The notes under the pieces are model-generated. The model was given only the letters and a program-made list of their open reading frames with translations. It made no database searches and was not told the DNA's origin. A program made the position numbers and the translations under genes. DNA of 63,874 nt, the filler included, from Reclinomonas americana ATCC 50394 (lineage: Eukaryota): the NCBI GenBank assembly GCA_048213135.1. It is 5 parts of 3 records of this genome, joined end to end, with 100 filler letters (N's around TTAATTAATTAA, not from the genome) between each part and the next. Parts side by side here need not be neighbours in the genome. Positions count along the whole stretch, not along the records: positions 1 to 19,843 come from PS015207.1; 4 more parts are not named here. One strand, written 5' to 3'. Positions 1 through 18,420 of this stretch are shown here, in pieces. Within the stretch, counting starts at the first letter, position 1. The number at the start of each line of letters is the position of its first letter.

Positions 1-332
1 TCGACCACGCCCCATGCCGGTCGGTGGTGGCGCCACATCCGCGTACGGATTTCGCGACGCGGTGGCCAGGAGGGAGCGATTCGCCTTCTCGCGCAGACCC
101 TTGATCACGTGGCTGCGGAACGAGTCCTCGAGCATGGCCTGGCCACCGTCGCTCAGATACGACTGGAGCTGGAAGGCGGTGCGCTCGTCTCGGACAATGA
201 TCAGCACCGGTGCCGACGGTAAGGAGCCGGGAGCGGCCGCCTTCTGCACCTGCTGGATCTCGTCGAGGACCTCACGCACCACATGCCACTTGGGGTTCTC
301 CTCCAGAACGGTGCGCAGCACCATGCGCTTGT
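1..332 (-). CDS. ERCC4: Internal exon of XPF/ERCC4 (helicase-like region), inverted relative to the rest of the gene
   Basis: After a CAG acceptor the minus strand reads KRMVLRTVLEENPKWHVVREVLDEIQQ...VLIIVRDERTAFQLQSYL, matching the XPF/Rad1 'LExNPKW...VLI...D.RT..QL..Y' block; open to the window edge. Confidence 0.8.
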
Positions 333-780
333 CTGCTCGCGCGCATAAGTCGACGATGAGCGAGAGACAAGAACNNNNNNNNNNNNNNNNNNNNNNNNNN
401 NNNNNNNNNNNNNNNNNNNNNNNNNNNNNNNNNNNNNNNNNNNNNNNNNNNNNNNNNNNNNNNNNNNNNNNNNNNNNNNNNNNNNNNNNNNNNNNNNNNN
501 NNNNNNNNNNNNNNNNNNNNNNNNNNNNNNNNNNNNNNNNNNNNNNNNNNNNNNNNNNNNNNNNNNNNNNNNNNNNNNNNNNNNNNNNNNNNNNNNNNNN
601 NNNNNNNNNNNNNNNNNNNNNNNNNNNNNNNNNNNNNNNNNNNNNNNNNNNNNNNNNNNNNNNNNNNNNNNNNNNNNNNNNNNNNNNNNNNNNNNNNNNN
701 NNNNNNNNNNNNNNNNNNNNNNNNNNNNNNNNNNNNNNNNNNNNNNNNNNNNNNNNNNNNNNNNNNNNNNNNNNNNNNNN

Positions 781-2714
781 GGGAAGCGTGGTGCATCGGC
801 GGCTGGTGCCGGTAGTGCAGCTGCGGGTCGTGGAAGTGCGGGTCGTGGCCGCGGTCGTGGTCGTGGGGGTGGCAAGGTAGCGGCCAGTGCCAGCGGCTCG
901 TCACTGCCGCAACAGCAGGATCCACGACAGATGCGACTGTCGGAGACGAAGCTCCTGGCCGAACGCATGCTGCTGGATCGCATGGCCAAGTTGCGCCCGT
1001 GTGTGATGATGTACAGACAAAATCTCGACAGTGTGCTCACTTATGCGGCAGTCGGTACCTCGACGAGAAAACGTCGCGGAGTGATGCCGTGCCACCCGTC
1101 GAAACGAGTGCAACTGCCGTCGATGGGGACGACGACAGTACGCAGCGAAAGGTGCGTGTGTCCCTCCATTCTACCTCGTTCGTTCGACCACTTCTCTCTC
1201 ACAGACTGCACAGCAGCAGAACAAGTATGCGCGGGCGTGCAAATTGGCCGGCTGGTCGGCCGAGACCACTTCTGCATTTTCCAAGCATTTTGGCCTGGTA
1301 CCACCGTCCGAATCGGTGGTGGTGCGCGCACTGGACGCCGGCAATGCTGCGTTCGTGCTCGACCAGCTGCAACCGTGTTTTGTGGTGCTGTATGAACCGG
1401 ATCTGTCGTTTGGTCGGCGCCTGGAATTGTATCGGGCGGAGCACCCGTCGCGCCCACTGCGCGTCTACTGGCTCACCTACGAGGACTCGGCAGAGGAGCG
1501 TCGGTACCAGACCGCCATTACGCGAGAGCAAGACGCCTTCCGCTCCCTCATCCGCACCAAGGCCCAAATGGTTTGCATCGTTCCGTTGTCTGTCTCCCTT
1601 CGGCCCCCCCCCCTCGTCTCACGCCACTTGCAGGTACTTCCGCAAGATCTACTGGCTGCCTCCATGGCTGGGGCGACTGGGCGAGCGGCCGAAGTGGACA
1701 CGCGTCTGGCCGGCGGTGGTCGACTGCGTTCGCGTTCCTCCAAGACCGTGATTGTTGACATGCGAGAATTCCGCAGCGCGCTGCCTTCCATGTTGCACTT
1801 GCGTGGCATGGAAATCGTGCCTGCGACACTCGTGGTGTGTAGCGCCACTGCTGCAGCGCCGTGATGACACGTTTCTCTGTCTCATACACGCCCACAGGTT
1901 GGCGACTACGTGCTGTCACCAGACATTTGCGTGGAGCGCAAGAGTGTGTCGGATCTGTTCCAGTCGTTCACCTCTGGTCGTCTGTACAATCAGGTGTGCA
2001 CCACTCATCGCTCATCGGTGCTGCTCATCTCTCTTACGACAATGTTGTGTGCACAGGCAGAGGCCATGTGCAAGCACTACAGTCGACCAGCGCTGCTGAT
2101 CGAGTTTGACGAGGACGAGAGTTTCTGTTTTGAACACGAGCGCGACATGCCGTCGGAGATTTTGCCGACTCACAGTTGCGAGAAGCAGCAACAATCCCTT
2201 GACCCTTGACCCTTGCACCCGAGAGCATTCACACCTGCGTGTTACTGTGGCAGTCATCAGCAAGATCACCCTGCTCAGCATGCAATTCCCGTTCCTGCGC
2301 ATTTTGTGGAGCCGATCACCGTTCATGACAGCCGAGTTGTTTGAGCAGCTGAAGGGTGACACGACAGCCGAGCCGAGTGTGGAGGTCGGTTCTGCGATGT
2401 TGCTTGCGTCGTGGTCAACCAATGATCTGATATATTGTGTGCGCGCGCGTGTGTGTGTGCAGCGGGCAATGGCTCTGGGAATGGAAGAGGGTGCCGAGGA
2501 CACCTCCGAGTGGAACAGTGGTGCGCTCGAGCTAATGTCCAAGTTGCCGGGACTGCCGCGTCAATTGGCACGCACGGTGGCGCATCGCGTGCCGGATCTG
2601 CACACTTTGTTCCACATGACGGTGGATGAGTTGCGCGAGGTGGTCGGCACCGCCAACGCCAGCACCCTGCACGAATTCATCAATCGCGAAACTTTTGATG
2701 TACCATCAATATGA
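781..2714 (+). CDS. ERCC4: DNA repair endonuclease XPF/Rad1, C-terminal part (about 7 introns)
   Basis: Spliced exons give ...QPCFVVLYEPDLSFGRRLELY...EERRYQTAITREQDAFRSLIR..., then the nuclease motifs VIVDMREFRSALP, VGDYVLSPDICVERKSVSDL..S..SGRLYNQ and LLIEF, LRILWSRSP, and an HhH2 tail (LMSKLPGL); TGA at 2712-2714. Confidence 0.95.
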
Positions 2715-2859
2715 TTAGCGCGACTGTATTGTCACTTTTGCGTGCGATGATGCACAGGTCGGTCAGCGCGGCTCGCTGCTGTTGCGTGTGTGCGTCAATG
2801 TCGACGACTCTTTCGCCCGCACACTGTTCCTCTCGCCGTCAGGCGTTGAGGTATCGGCC

Positions 2860-5800
2860 TCAGGTGCTCAGCGAGTGGGCTGCTTCGCGGATCTGCGAGC
2901 GTAGTTTCACCGGGAGGTTGCGGAAGTGCTCGGTATCTACCAGCTCGCTAATATGCAGCGCAATGAATCTGTGTCGCACACGGGTCTCAGCGCTCGCTCA
3001 TCGTCGCCATCATCGACATGCAACGTGCTCACCTCACACACTCGTCCTGGGTGGACGCATCGCCGAGGCTCATGGCCAGATACAGAATGGGAATGACCAC
3101 CGAGGCGTCGAGGTAGCGCGCAATCACGTGCTGTGCGATCTTGGCCACGGGTCGCATAAAGAGACGCGAACTGCCCTCCCACACCTCCACGGCCACATCG
3201 GGCGACACACTGCCGGGCTCCACGCAGTCGCGATACAGGAACCCCACAACGACATGCAACGTGGTGCGTGAGATCTCGTGCAGCACCACCGTGCGCTCGA
3301 ATTGCTCCGAGAAGCCACTGTTGAGCATCCGATTGAACATGCCAGACCGAATCGACATGACAAACTGGGCGTCGCACACAAACACACACACGGGAGGTGA
3401 ACGGGAGGTTGGCGACGGGTGGGGAAAACAGCTGGCCACACACCTTGTGCACTTCGACCGACGACTCGTCGCCCGAGTGATCGCGAGACACCAGCTCGCA
3501 GTCAGGCACTGCCACATCGTGCAGGCGTGCGAACCAGCTGATGATACTCAAGGCCGAACCGTGCGTCACCAGAGTGGTGCGCTGTTCCAACACGTGGCAC
3601 AGATGACTGCGCGACGAGAGAGAAAGAGAGAGAAAGAGAGATTGTGAGTGCGCAACAAAGGTTGGGGACACACGGAGCGACTGCAGCACACCGGAAATCG
3701 AGCAGCTCGGCCAACTCGAGCAAGAGCTTGGACTGCACACGTTGCACGTACGGCAGCATCAACTCGGTATCCTCACCCAGTTCCGACAGAAACTCGAGAT
3801 ACGGACATGTGGAACTAATTTCTTCGTATGTCTGCCGCAGCGACACATGCAGTCGCAGTGTGTCCGTGTACACAAAACGGAGCAGCATCAAGGCCACATC
3901 CATCACATCTGTGTCGACGGGATGGATTAAAAAAACAACACTGAAAAGGAAGCCCTTCTGCACAGTGACGCACACACCATAGAGTGACACAAACGGACAG
4001 TGCGCAGCCACCAGTGCCGGCAACGACACGACGAGAGTGATGTCGGTTTGGTTGGAAATCGTGTCCTCCTCAACCAGCAGCGACACCCACTCGTTCAACA
4101 TGTGCACGCCCGGCTCGCGCAACAGCTTCGGGCAGCGCATGAGCAGCGCGCGGTGCAAGTGATACACCTCGGAACTGCACGAACGCACGCACGCCGAGTT
4201 AGCGTCAGTCTCCCAGTCACCGACACCATCCCGAGTCACGAAACGTCAACAGCAAGAGATCTTCGTCGCTCTCATCGTCGTCGGCGTCCACCGAAAACAT
4301 GGGACGCGAGCGTACTTGCACACGCACCGCCACGTCGGAGTAGGTTCCCTTGCCGCCATTGAAGGTTTTGAGCAGCTGCTGCACCAGCAGCGGCTGTGCG
4401 ACACACAGGTGCTTGGTGTTGCTCTCGAACGAGTCAAAGCTCCACACGGGCAGCGGCGGTGGTTCTCGCGACTGCATCTTGCGCGAAAGCTGCGACAGCT
4501 GCTGGCAACAATCCGCCGCCGTCTGCCAATGGTTGAGCTCCTCCCGACCACCTCCGACAATCACCAGGCGGCGGTGGTGTGGCAACATGGCAACGCGAGC
4601 TCCGGGCAGCAGTTCCGGCAACGTCAATGAGAGTACGCGAGTCCAGCGAGGCCCCGCGTCACTCATGTCGTAGATCCAACTGACAAACTCGCCAGCGTCG
4701 AAACCAGGCACTGCGTGGGAACAACACGTGAGCCACACAATCGCGACGCTGGGTCGCACAAACACTCACCCGTCGAGTGCTCTGATGGTCGCAGCCGTGC
4801 CGACCGTACGAGTGGTCCGTGGAACACGTCCATGTCGAGCGGCTTGTAGCTGTCGTCTGCGTGGGGTGCATGGTGAGCCGTGGGCAAGCAGTGAGATACA
4901 CCAAAACACACAGACACACAAACCATGTGCTCGAGCGAGTGCACTCATCGGTGGCAACATTGGTGTCAGACCCATGATGAGCAGCTGCGACTCGCCGAGT
5001 GTGTGCATGAACGGCGAGCTCACGAGCGGTGGTGCGGGCGAGAATGTCGGCGTGTTGACCAACGTGATCTGCGTCCACACCGTCCTCTCTGCCAGCACCT
5101 CGTAAGCAACTTTGTGCGCGCGATGCAAGTGGCAATCAACACACACACCAAGCGGCAGGCACCACAAGTCGTGCAGGTGCTCCCCGTTCGCGTCGAGGCC
5201 GCCATACATGTAGATTTTGCCGCCGACCTCGCACACCTGCACAAGCGGGGCGTGAGCGCGCGATGACGGTGGACCAAAAAGGACGCGACATGACACAAAC
5301 CGAGTGACAGGCACGCGGTGGCGGCCCCGAACCGCCGCCGTCTTCGCTGAGGCACGTCCACGAGATGCTGACCTCGATGCCGCTCTGGTCGCGGACGCGT
5401 GGCGCCGATCGATCGGGGAGTCGCACTGCGGAGAGAAGCAGGTGAGGGATGAGGGGATACCACAAATAAGGCCACCACGATTGGGCACCTTCGGTGGCGG
5501 CTATCCACACGTCATTCAGGTACGTGTTGCCTTCGGCACGTCCGCCGCACACAACCACCAATGGCCGAGTGCTCCCGGAACATGCTGCGTGGTCCGATCG
5601 CGCCGAGGGTCTCGTGCGGCTGGTCAACACCAGCTGCGAATAAAGTGGTGAGTTTGGACGGAGGTGGCAAGAACAGAACAGAAACATGACCCTGCATCGC
5701 AACATTGTGGCTCTCCACGCTGACCCATTCGAACATGGTTGGCCCGCCATCGGAGGCTGCGTGCATGCACAAACATGATTGAGTTGAGCGATGAAAAAGG

Positions 5801-7501
5801 CGCACACACGTGCGTGTGTGTGACAGAGAAGCCGCAACGGAAGAGCATATGCAAGTCGTTCAAAAACGTTAGTGACTCCCTGCCGCCGTGTGCGCCGCGT
5901 GCTCCACGTGGTCGAACGCCGCCAAACAGTAGGCAGCCACGCGTGGACACGCCAGCTGCAACGTGGCCTGTCGACCGCGCCGGATTGATGACTGCGACGG
6001 GAGCAAGTGAGACCACTCTCACTCAGAGGAGATCGTCAACACACACACACCAGTCAGCGTGTGACCGCATCGTGCCGACGGGCCAGCACCAATGCACTTG
6101 GCGCGCTTCCATGAGACGAGCGGGGCGCTGTTGCCACTGCCGCTCGGCGTGGCCGACGGAGAATCGTCAGAGTCCATTGGTGTCGCCGACGACGCTGACG
6201 ATGCCGACGACGACGACGGAGCAAAACTCATGTCGGTCACCCACAGATCGTTCATCACAGTGTCCTTCCAGTCGACGCCGCCAAACAGCAGCAGCTGCGG
6301 CACTTGCGGACGTGTGCCCGGGCAAGTGGCATGATACTGTCGACCGCAGAGCGGAGAGGGACTCTTGGCGGTCGCGCCACCGAGCTGCAGAGCGACAGTC
6401 ACAGGATAGTCACGAATTGAGTGAGGGAAGCAACAATGCACACACACCTTGACAGGATGCTCTTGCCACGACTCGAACATCGGGAATCGCTCACACACCC
6501 GCCAGTCGATCTCTGCGACAACAACAACAACGCAGTGATCAACACTGGGTGGGGGAAGAAGAAAAAACTCATGCAGCATCGCATACCGGCCGCAAACAAC
6601 GCCTCGGCACCCGCCACTCGACGATGGTACGGCTACATGCAATACGCGACTGTGTGAGAAAAAGGGCACGCACGTGTGTCAGTGACACTTACCAAGCGTC
6701 GCACTCGCTCCGCCTTTAATCGCCCCGCATCGGTGGTCTCACCGACCGCCGGCGTCGCCGTCGACGCAGGACCGCTCACCGGCGCAGTCATCGGTGTCAA
6801 CAGCGTCAGCGCAGCTGGAGGCACCACCACGCCTGCATCTTTACTGTGCGGTGGCACATCGCCGTCGTCACCATCATCATCATCGCGATTGCCATCGCCA
6901 CCATCGTCGTCGGTGAGCGGAACAATCGCTGCTGGTGTCGACAGTGTACTGCCAGAGACGGCGTTTGCTCGTGGCGATCGCGGCCGTGCCAACTGGCCGA
7001 TGGTCGACGACACAAAGAGCGGCTTGGAGGCGCACTCATTGACAATGTCTTGGCATTGTGCCAGCAACGTGAACAGCACTTCGCCTCCAGCGCCCTCCTC
7101 CGCCTTGCATGCAGCAGTGAGACAGAGAGCCATAATGGGAAAGAGTGTGTGTGTGAGTGCATGCATACCAGCTGCGCCAATGAGCGATGAGCCTCTTCTA
7201 GCTCCGCGTGTGTAAAGCCCTGCACGCGTGACAGTCGCACCGTCGGCGACTCTTGCGGGTACGCTCGTGGCACAGTCAATTCGGCAGTCGCTGAGTGCAA
7301 AAGAGCACGTGAGAAAGAGAGCGTGCGTGCACACCACTGCACGGAGGAGAGACCTTTTGCTTGTTGCACGCCGCTTGCTTGCAACTCAATCGACAGCAAT
7401 GCACACTCGTTGCCATCGGGCACTGGCTTCACGTGCAACGCGTCTTCATACACCGCGCGCAACACCTCTAGCTCATCACTGAGAACTGCATTGTCAACCA
7501 T
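2860..7501 (-). CDS. RWD + Kelch-repeat + tandem BTB protein (LZTR1-like Cul3 adaptor with an extra N-terminal RWD)
   Basis: ATG at 7501 starts an RWD signature (DELEVLRAVYED...VPRAYPQESP...GEVLFTLL). Phase-consistent splicing leads into Kelch repeats (GRQYHA..LLFGG..MNDLW; PSARSDHA..VCGG..YLNDVW; PRACHS..IYMYGG..LHDLW) and two BTB blocks (YSDVAVRV..HRALL.RCP; PDCELV..VHK..IRSGMFNRML.SGFSE). TGA at 2860-2862. Confidence 0.8.
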
Positions 7502-7597
7502 TCTCTCGCCCAAGGGAGCTAAATGCAGACGCGCGCCCTGCCCCATTCGTGAGTCATGTGATTGTCACGCTCTCACTCACTCGCCTTCTGTCATCGC

Positions 7598-12764
<5,167 letters not shown>

Positions 12765-12804
12765 CCGCGGCAATTGCAAAAAAAGAACATAATTAATTGA
12801 CTTG

Positions 12805-15800
12805 TTAATAGTACTCGTCCTCCAGTTCCACGCTGTCGTCGTCAGCTGTGGACGTCAACTCCAACAGTGAGATGAGGTGATAGAAGGCCTCCCTGCACAC
12901 GTCGGCGTCGCCTGCACAGCAGCAATAATGGTGTGTGAGTGGGTGAGTGATACGACGTGGATGGAGTCGAGGATGGGCGTGACAAACGTGACAGCTTGGC
13001 GGCTGCCGCCTTGGCATCGCGAACGAAGCGCACGTGCAGCGCGTCGTGCTTGCGTGCCGCGTGTGGAGACTGGTGGTGCTGGAGTTCGCTACCATCCGAG
13101 ATCTGCGACAGGTCCAGGGAATCGCCACCGAGCGATAGTTGATTGTTGACAACGTCGTTTGTCGACTCGCCACTCTCTCGCGCCACCAGATCCAATTGTG
13201 CCTCCAGTCCATCCAAATCCAGGTCGCGGTCAATGTTGGCCACGGATTTGTGCCCTTGCGCATTGTGCAGTTGCGCTTGCAACTCGACCAATCTCTGCAG
13301 GCAGTCGAATACGTGAGACATGTGCACGAGAAAGGGGGTTCGCAACTGACTGCAACCCACCTTGCTGCGTGACGACTGGCGGCCATCGGATGCCTTGCAA
13401 AAGAGAGCGTGTGAGATTGATTGTGCGGCAGACACGACATGCAGAGCAGCGATATTTAGAGGCGCAACTGAAGAGGGACGGCTTGCCGGTGCCGACAATG
13501 GTCTCAGACCGGCATCTGCGGCCGCCAGAAGCATGGCCTCTGAGGCTCGAGCTCGTGCCGACACTGCGGCCGGACGTGGCTGATTGATCACTCGTCAGTG
13601 GACACAGAAAGAGAAGAGAAGCAAGCAGAGTGTGACGCGCGCACCTGAATCACTGGAGGCGCACGAATGCAATAGTCAATGTGCACGCCGTGAGAGCGCA
13701 ATGTCCGACACGCATCCGTCTCCACATCTGCAAATGAGCGCTTACCAATTCAGTGTGCGGTTAATGAAGCTTGCAAGAGGAGTTCAGACGCACCATAGCG
13801 CACGTGCTCCTTGTCGGCAAACTTGCTCATCACCAGATCCTTGTCGGCCTGCACCAGCACCGATCCATGCGGCAGCAATTCCAGCAACAAGCCCACATCT
13901 CCCATGCGCCGCCGATTGACGACCTTGAGCGCGCGCAGTGCATGTCGAATGGCCTCCTCCTCCGGCAACGCGACACGCTGACACGCCCGCGGTGGTGATG
14001 TGAGCCGTCGTGTCGAAGCAACGTCACTGTTCTGCTGGCTGCCGCCATCGACATGCTGGTCGTCGTCGGCTTGTGGAGTCGACTGTACGGCCGGTCGACT
14101 GCCTCGTCTCTGATCGCCTACTGATGATGATGCACGTGCCTGCTCAACAACCATTTCCACGACAGAGGCACTCAAGCGTCGCGACTGGCGACGAGAGCTC
14201 TCCGACACTGGCGGCGACGACGACAAGGTCGGCCGTCTTTCGAGTGACGCACTTGCGGTTCCTGCCGCCGAGTTCTTTCGCGTCGCGGGAGTTGTTGGGG
14301 TGTGAGTCACCGACGGCCGGCGTGAGGGTGAGGGTGATGGCGTGGGTGAGGGTGAGGCGGCTGTTGGCGTTTTCCCTGCACACAAGAAAGTGAGTGTGTG
14401 GCATACACATGAGGTGAGCGGCAATCGAACTGCAAAGTGAAAAACCTGGCGTGGAACCCGCGGCTGCATTCTTCTTCTTCACAAACGAGAGCCGCCGCGC
14501 TGCACTGAGCGAAGTCGTCTCCACCATGCGAGTTCCAGGTACCTGCAGCAACTGCATGCCGGGGACAGGCGCCGGGAGTACGGCGGTGCGCTGCCGTGCT
14601 CTGGTCGTGCCCTTCTCGGTGTACTCCCGTCCCATGGACTCGGCCAGAGTCGGCTTGCGGACGAGTGGCACGTTCACGGCACTTGCCACCGGCGATGCGC
14701 CGGCGGTCGATGGCCGTCTGCGCGTCGGTGATCGGTGCGCCTCTGGCGACAGCGATGGACGGCGAGCGCCGCCGCCGCCACCGGCATCGGCTGCCTTCCA
14801 CTCGGCCAGCACGGCAGCTGCCGATTTGATAACATGCCCAGTCGCCACATCAGTGTCTGCTGGCGGCTCCTGGACGGCGGTGCTGCGATCGCGAGATGGT
14901 GATCTTGACGATCGACTGGGCGACACACTGCTACGCGATCTCGATGGAGAGGTGGCGGTCGAAAGTCGCCTGGCGGCCGCCGGAGGAGGAGGAGGTGGTG
15001 GTGGCGATGTTGGTGGTGGTGGTGATGGTGGACGTTCGTGTACTACGGCAACAGTCTCCGTTGCAACGGCGGGAATCGGCACCGCAGTAGGTATAACCAC
15101 TTGAGGCTGTGGTGGTGGTGGCGGCGATGGTTCTGCCGGTGGATCTGCCGGTGGATCTGCCGGTGGAGCTGCCGATGGTGAGAACCCACCACGCGCTCCA
15201 ACACCATCCGTTGGCGACACTCCACCACTCTCGGACTCGCCGCCGAGTAATCTCGGCGTGAGGAACATGCTCGTCGGTGATCCCGGCAGCGACGGCGTAA
15301 CCGAGGGATTGTGCTCGAGATTGAGCATCTGCCACTCCACGTCGGCGTCGAGCTCCCGCTGAATCTCGTCCAGCAGATCGCGACGCTGCGAGTTCATGCT
15401 GGCACGCGACCCGGCACGCGAAAACGTGGCAAATGTCGAGCCCGACGCCTGTCGCAGAAACTCAATGCCGTCGTTCAGCAGTCGATTCACCTGTTTTGAT
15501 TTCGTGAGCCGGATGCATGCGCAGAGGGGTGAAGGGGAGTGAACTATAGATAGATAGAGACCTCGTCGTCGCCCTCCGACATGAGCTCCGAGTCCAACAT
15601 CTCCGAGGTCGCCACACTCGAGGCGCCGTCGTCGGACGGCAGCTGCCCACTGCTCAATCCTCCGGAACTCACTCGACTGCCTCTCCGCAGCATCCGCAGC
15701 CCCCGATCGGCAATCTGCCGGGCCACCACATCCGCCGCCACCGCGTGACTCTGCCTCCGCTCTCCCGCTGCAGGGGGCGCCGGCAAGCTCGCCATTGAGC

Positions 15801-15870
15801 TGGACTTGGATGAGTGCGAGGCGCTCGATGCCAGTCGCTGCAGTGTGGCCAGTCGCTGTAATGAACGTGC
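12805..15870 (-). CDS. Hypothetical protein with long Pro/Ser-rich disordered region and helical C-terminus (5' end not found)
   Basis: A ~1 kb open exon within 14450-15490 (MNRLLNDGIEFLRQ...LLDEIQRELDAD...), further GT-AG exons, terminal exon ending ...DDDSVELEDEYY* at 12805; acceptor at 15871 preceded by a long pyrimidine tract. Confidence 0.6.
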
Positions 15871-16139
15871 CTGTGGAGGGGGAAGGGAGAGTGAGGGGGA
15901 AGTGAAGAGAGAGGGGAGGGAAGAGAGTGAGGGTGAGGGGAAGGGAGAGTGAGGGGAAGGGAGGGGAAGAGATGGGAGAGAGAGGAGGGGGGAAGGGAGA
16001 GTGAGAAGGGAGAAGAAGAGAGAGGAAGAGAGAGAGAGAGAGAGGAGGAAGGGAGAGTGAGGGAGAAGGGAGGGGGAAGAGAGAGGCAGAAGGGAGAGTG
16101 AGGGGGCAGAGAGAAGAGAGACTGAGAGGGAAGTAGACC

Positions 16140-17586
16140 TATCAGTGCATTCTTCCTGCACACTATGACTGTTGCTGTCTCTGCGCCTCTTCCACTCTCA
16201 ATCTGATCGTCTTACTTTGCGTTGCTCCACAGACACACCATGTTGTGTTTCTCGTCCTCTTTCTCTTCCTTTTTCTCTATGTGAGAGAGAGTGAGGGAAA
16301 AACACAACTTCCGCATCAATATCAATGCACTCCCGCACACACTATGACTGTTGCTGTCTCTCTGCCTCCTTCTCTCACTCTGATCGTCTCACTCAGTCAC
16401 AGACAGACAGACAATGCTGCGTCTCTCCTCCTCTCTGTATCTCTCTCTCTCTCTCTGAGCGTGAGAAATAGAGTGAGGGAAAACACAACTTCCGAACCAG
16501 AATCAGTGCAATCCTCGTCTCCCGCACACTGTCACTGTTGCTGTCTCTCTGCCACGTCCCCTCTCATCCCTATGATGTCACTTCGTGGTGCTCCGCAGAC
16601 ACAACATGCTGTGTCTCTCCTCTTCTTACTCCACTCTTTCTCTATGTGTGTGTGTGAGAGAGAGAGAGAGAGGAAGAGAGAGAGAGAGAAAGGGAAAGCC
16701 ACACCTTCCGAATTACAATCCTCGTCTCCGCGCACTCACTGCTGCTGTCTGTTTGTCTCTTCCCCTCTCACTCTTATCATCTCAGAGACAGACAGACAAT
16801 GCTACGTCCCTCCTCCTCCTTCTCTTCTTTCTTCTCTCTGTATGACAGAGAGTGAGGGAAAAACACAACTTCCGCATCACACGCTGTCTCTCTCTGCCAC
16901 GTCCCCTCTCATCTCTATCATCTCACTGCGTGTTGCTCCACAGACACACCATGCTGTGTCTCTCCTCTTCTTACTCCTCTCTTTCTCTATGTGCGAGAGA
17001 GAGAGAGGAAGAGAGAGAAAGGGAAAACCCAACTTCCGAAGTACAATCCTCGTCTCCGCAGCTGTCTGTTTGTCTCTTCCCCTCTCACTCTTATCATCTC
17101 ACAGACGAGACAGACAATGCTGCGTCTCTCCTCCTCTCTGTATCTCTCTGTGTGAGCGTGAGAAAGAGAGTGAGGAAAAACACAACTTCTCCTCGCCTCC
17201 GTGCACTCACTGTTGCTGTCTGTCTGTGCCTCTTTCCCCTCTCAGTCTTGTCATCTCACTTTGCGTTGCTATCAGTCACACTCACTCACACACAGACAGA
17301 CAATGCTGTGTCTCTCTCGTTCTCTTCCTTCTCCTCTGAGAAAGAGAGGAACAGAGTGAGGGGAAAAACACACCGAACCAGAAGTGCATTCCTCGTCTCC
17401 CGCACACTATCACTGTCGCTGTCTGTCTGTCTCTTCACCTCTCACTCTTATCATCTCACAGACAAGACAGACAATGCTGTGTCTCTCTCGTTCTCTTCCT
17501 TCTCGAGGAGCAGAGTGAGGGAAAAACACACTCACTCACACACAAGGCACTCGACTTCTCTTCCTTCATCTCTCTCTCTCTCTCTC
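16140..17586. repeat. Complex degenerate minisatellite (units of roughly 150-260 bp)
   Basis: Recurring blocks GAGTGAGGGAAAAACACAACTTCCG, CAGACAGACAATGCTG and CACTGTTGCTGTCT, each seen several times. Confidence 0.85.
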
Positions 17587-18420
17587 NNNNNNNNNNNNNN
17601 NNNNNNNNNNNNNNNNNNNNNNNNNNNNNNNNNNNNNNNNNNNNNNNNNNNNNNNNNNNNNNNNNNNNNNNNNNNNNNNNNNNNNNNNNNNNNNNNNNNN
17701 NNNNNNNNNNNNNNNNNNNNNNNNNNNNNNNNNNNNNNNNNNNNNNNNNNNNNNNNNNNNNNNNNNNNNNNNNNNNNNNNNNNNNNNNNNNNNNNNNNNN
17801 NNNNNNNNNNNNNNNNNNNNNNNNNNNNNNNNNNNNNNNNNNNNNNNNNNNNNNNNNNNNNNNNNNNNNNNNNNNNNNNNNNNNNNNNNNNNNNNNNNNN
17901 NNNNNNNNNNNNNNNNNNNNNNNNNNNNNNNNNNNNNNNNNNNNNNNNNNNNNNNNNNNNNNNNNNNNNNNNNNNNNNNNNNNNNNNNNNNNNNNNNNNN
18001 NNNNNNNNNNNNNNNNNNNNNNNNNNNNNNNNNNNNNNNNNNNNNNNNNNNNNNNNNNNNNNNNNNNNNNNNNNNNNNNNNNNNNNNNNNNNNNNNNNNN
18101 NNNNNNNNNNNNNNNNNNNNNNNNNNNNNNNNNNNNNNNNNNNNNNNNNNNNNNNNNNNNNNNNNNNNNNNNNNNNNNNNNNNNNNNNNNNNNNNNNNNN
18201 NNNNNNNNNNNNNNNNNNNNNNNNNNNNNNNNNNNNNNNNNNNNNNNNNNNNNNNNNNNNNNNNNNNNNNNNNNNNNNNNNNNNNNNNNNNNNNNNNNNN
18301 NNNNNNNNNNNNNNNNNNNNNNNNNNNNNNNNNNNNNNNNNNNNNNNNNNNNNNNNNNNNNNNNNNNNNNNNNNNNNNNNNNNNNNNNNNNNNNNNNNNN
18401 NNNNNNNNNNNNNNNNNNNN

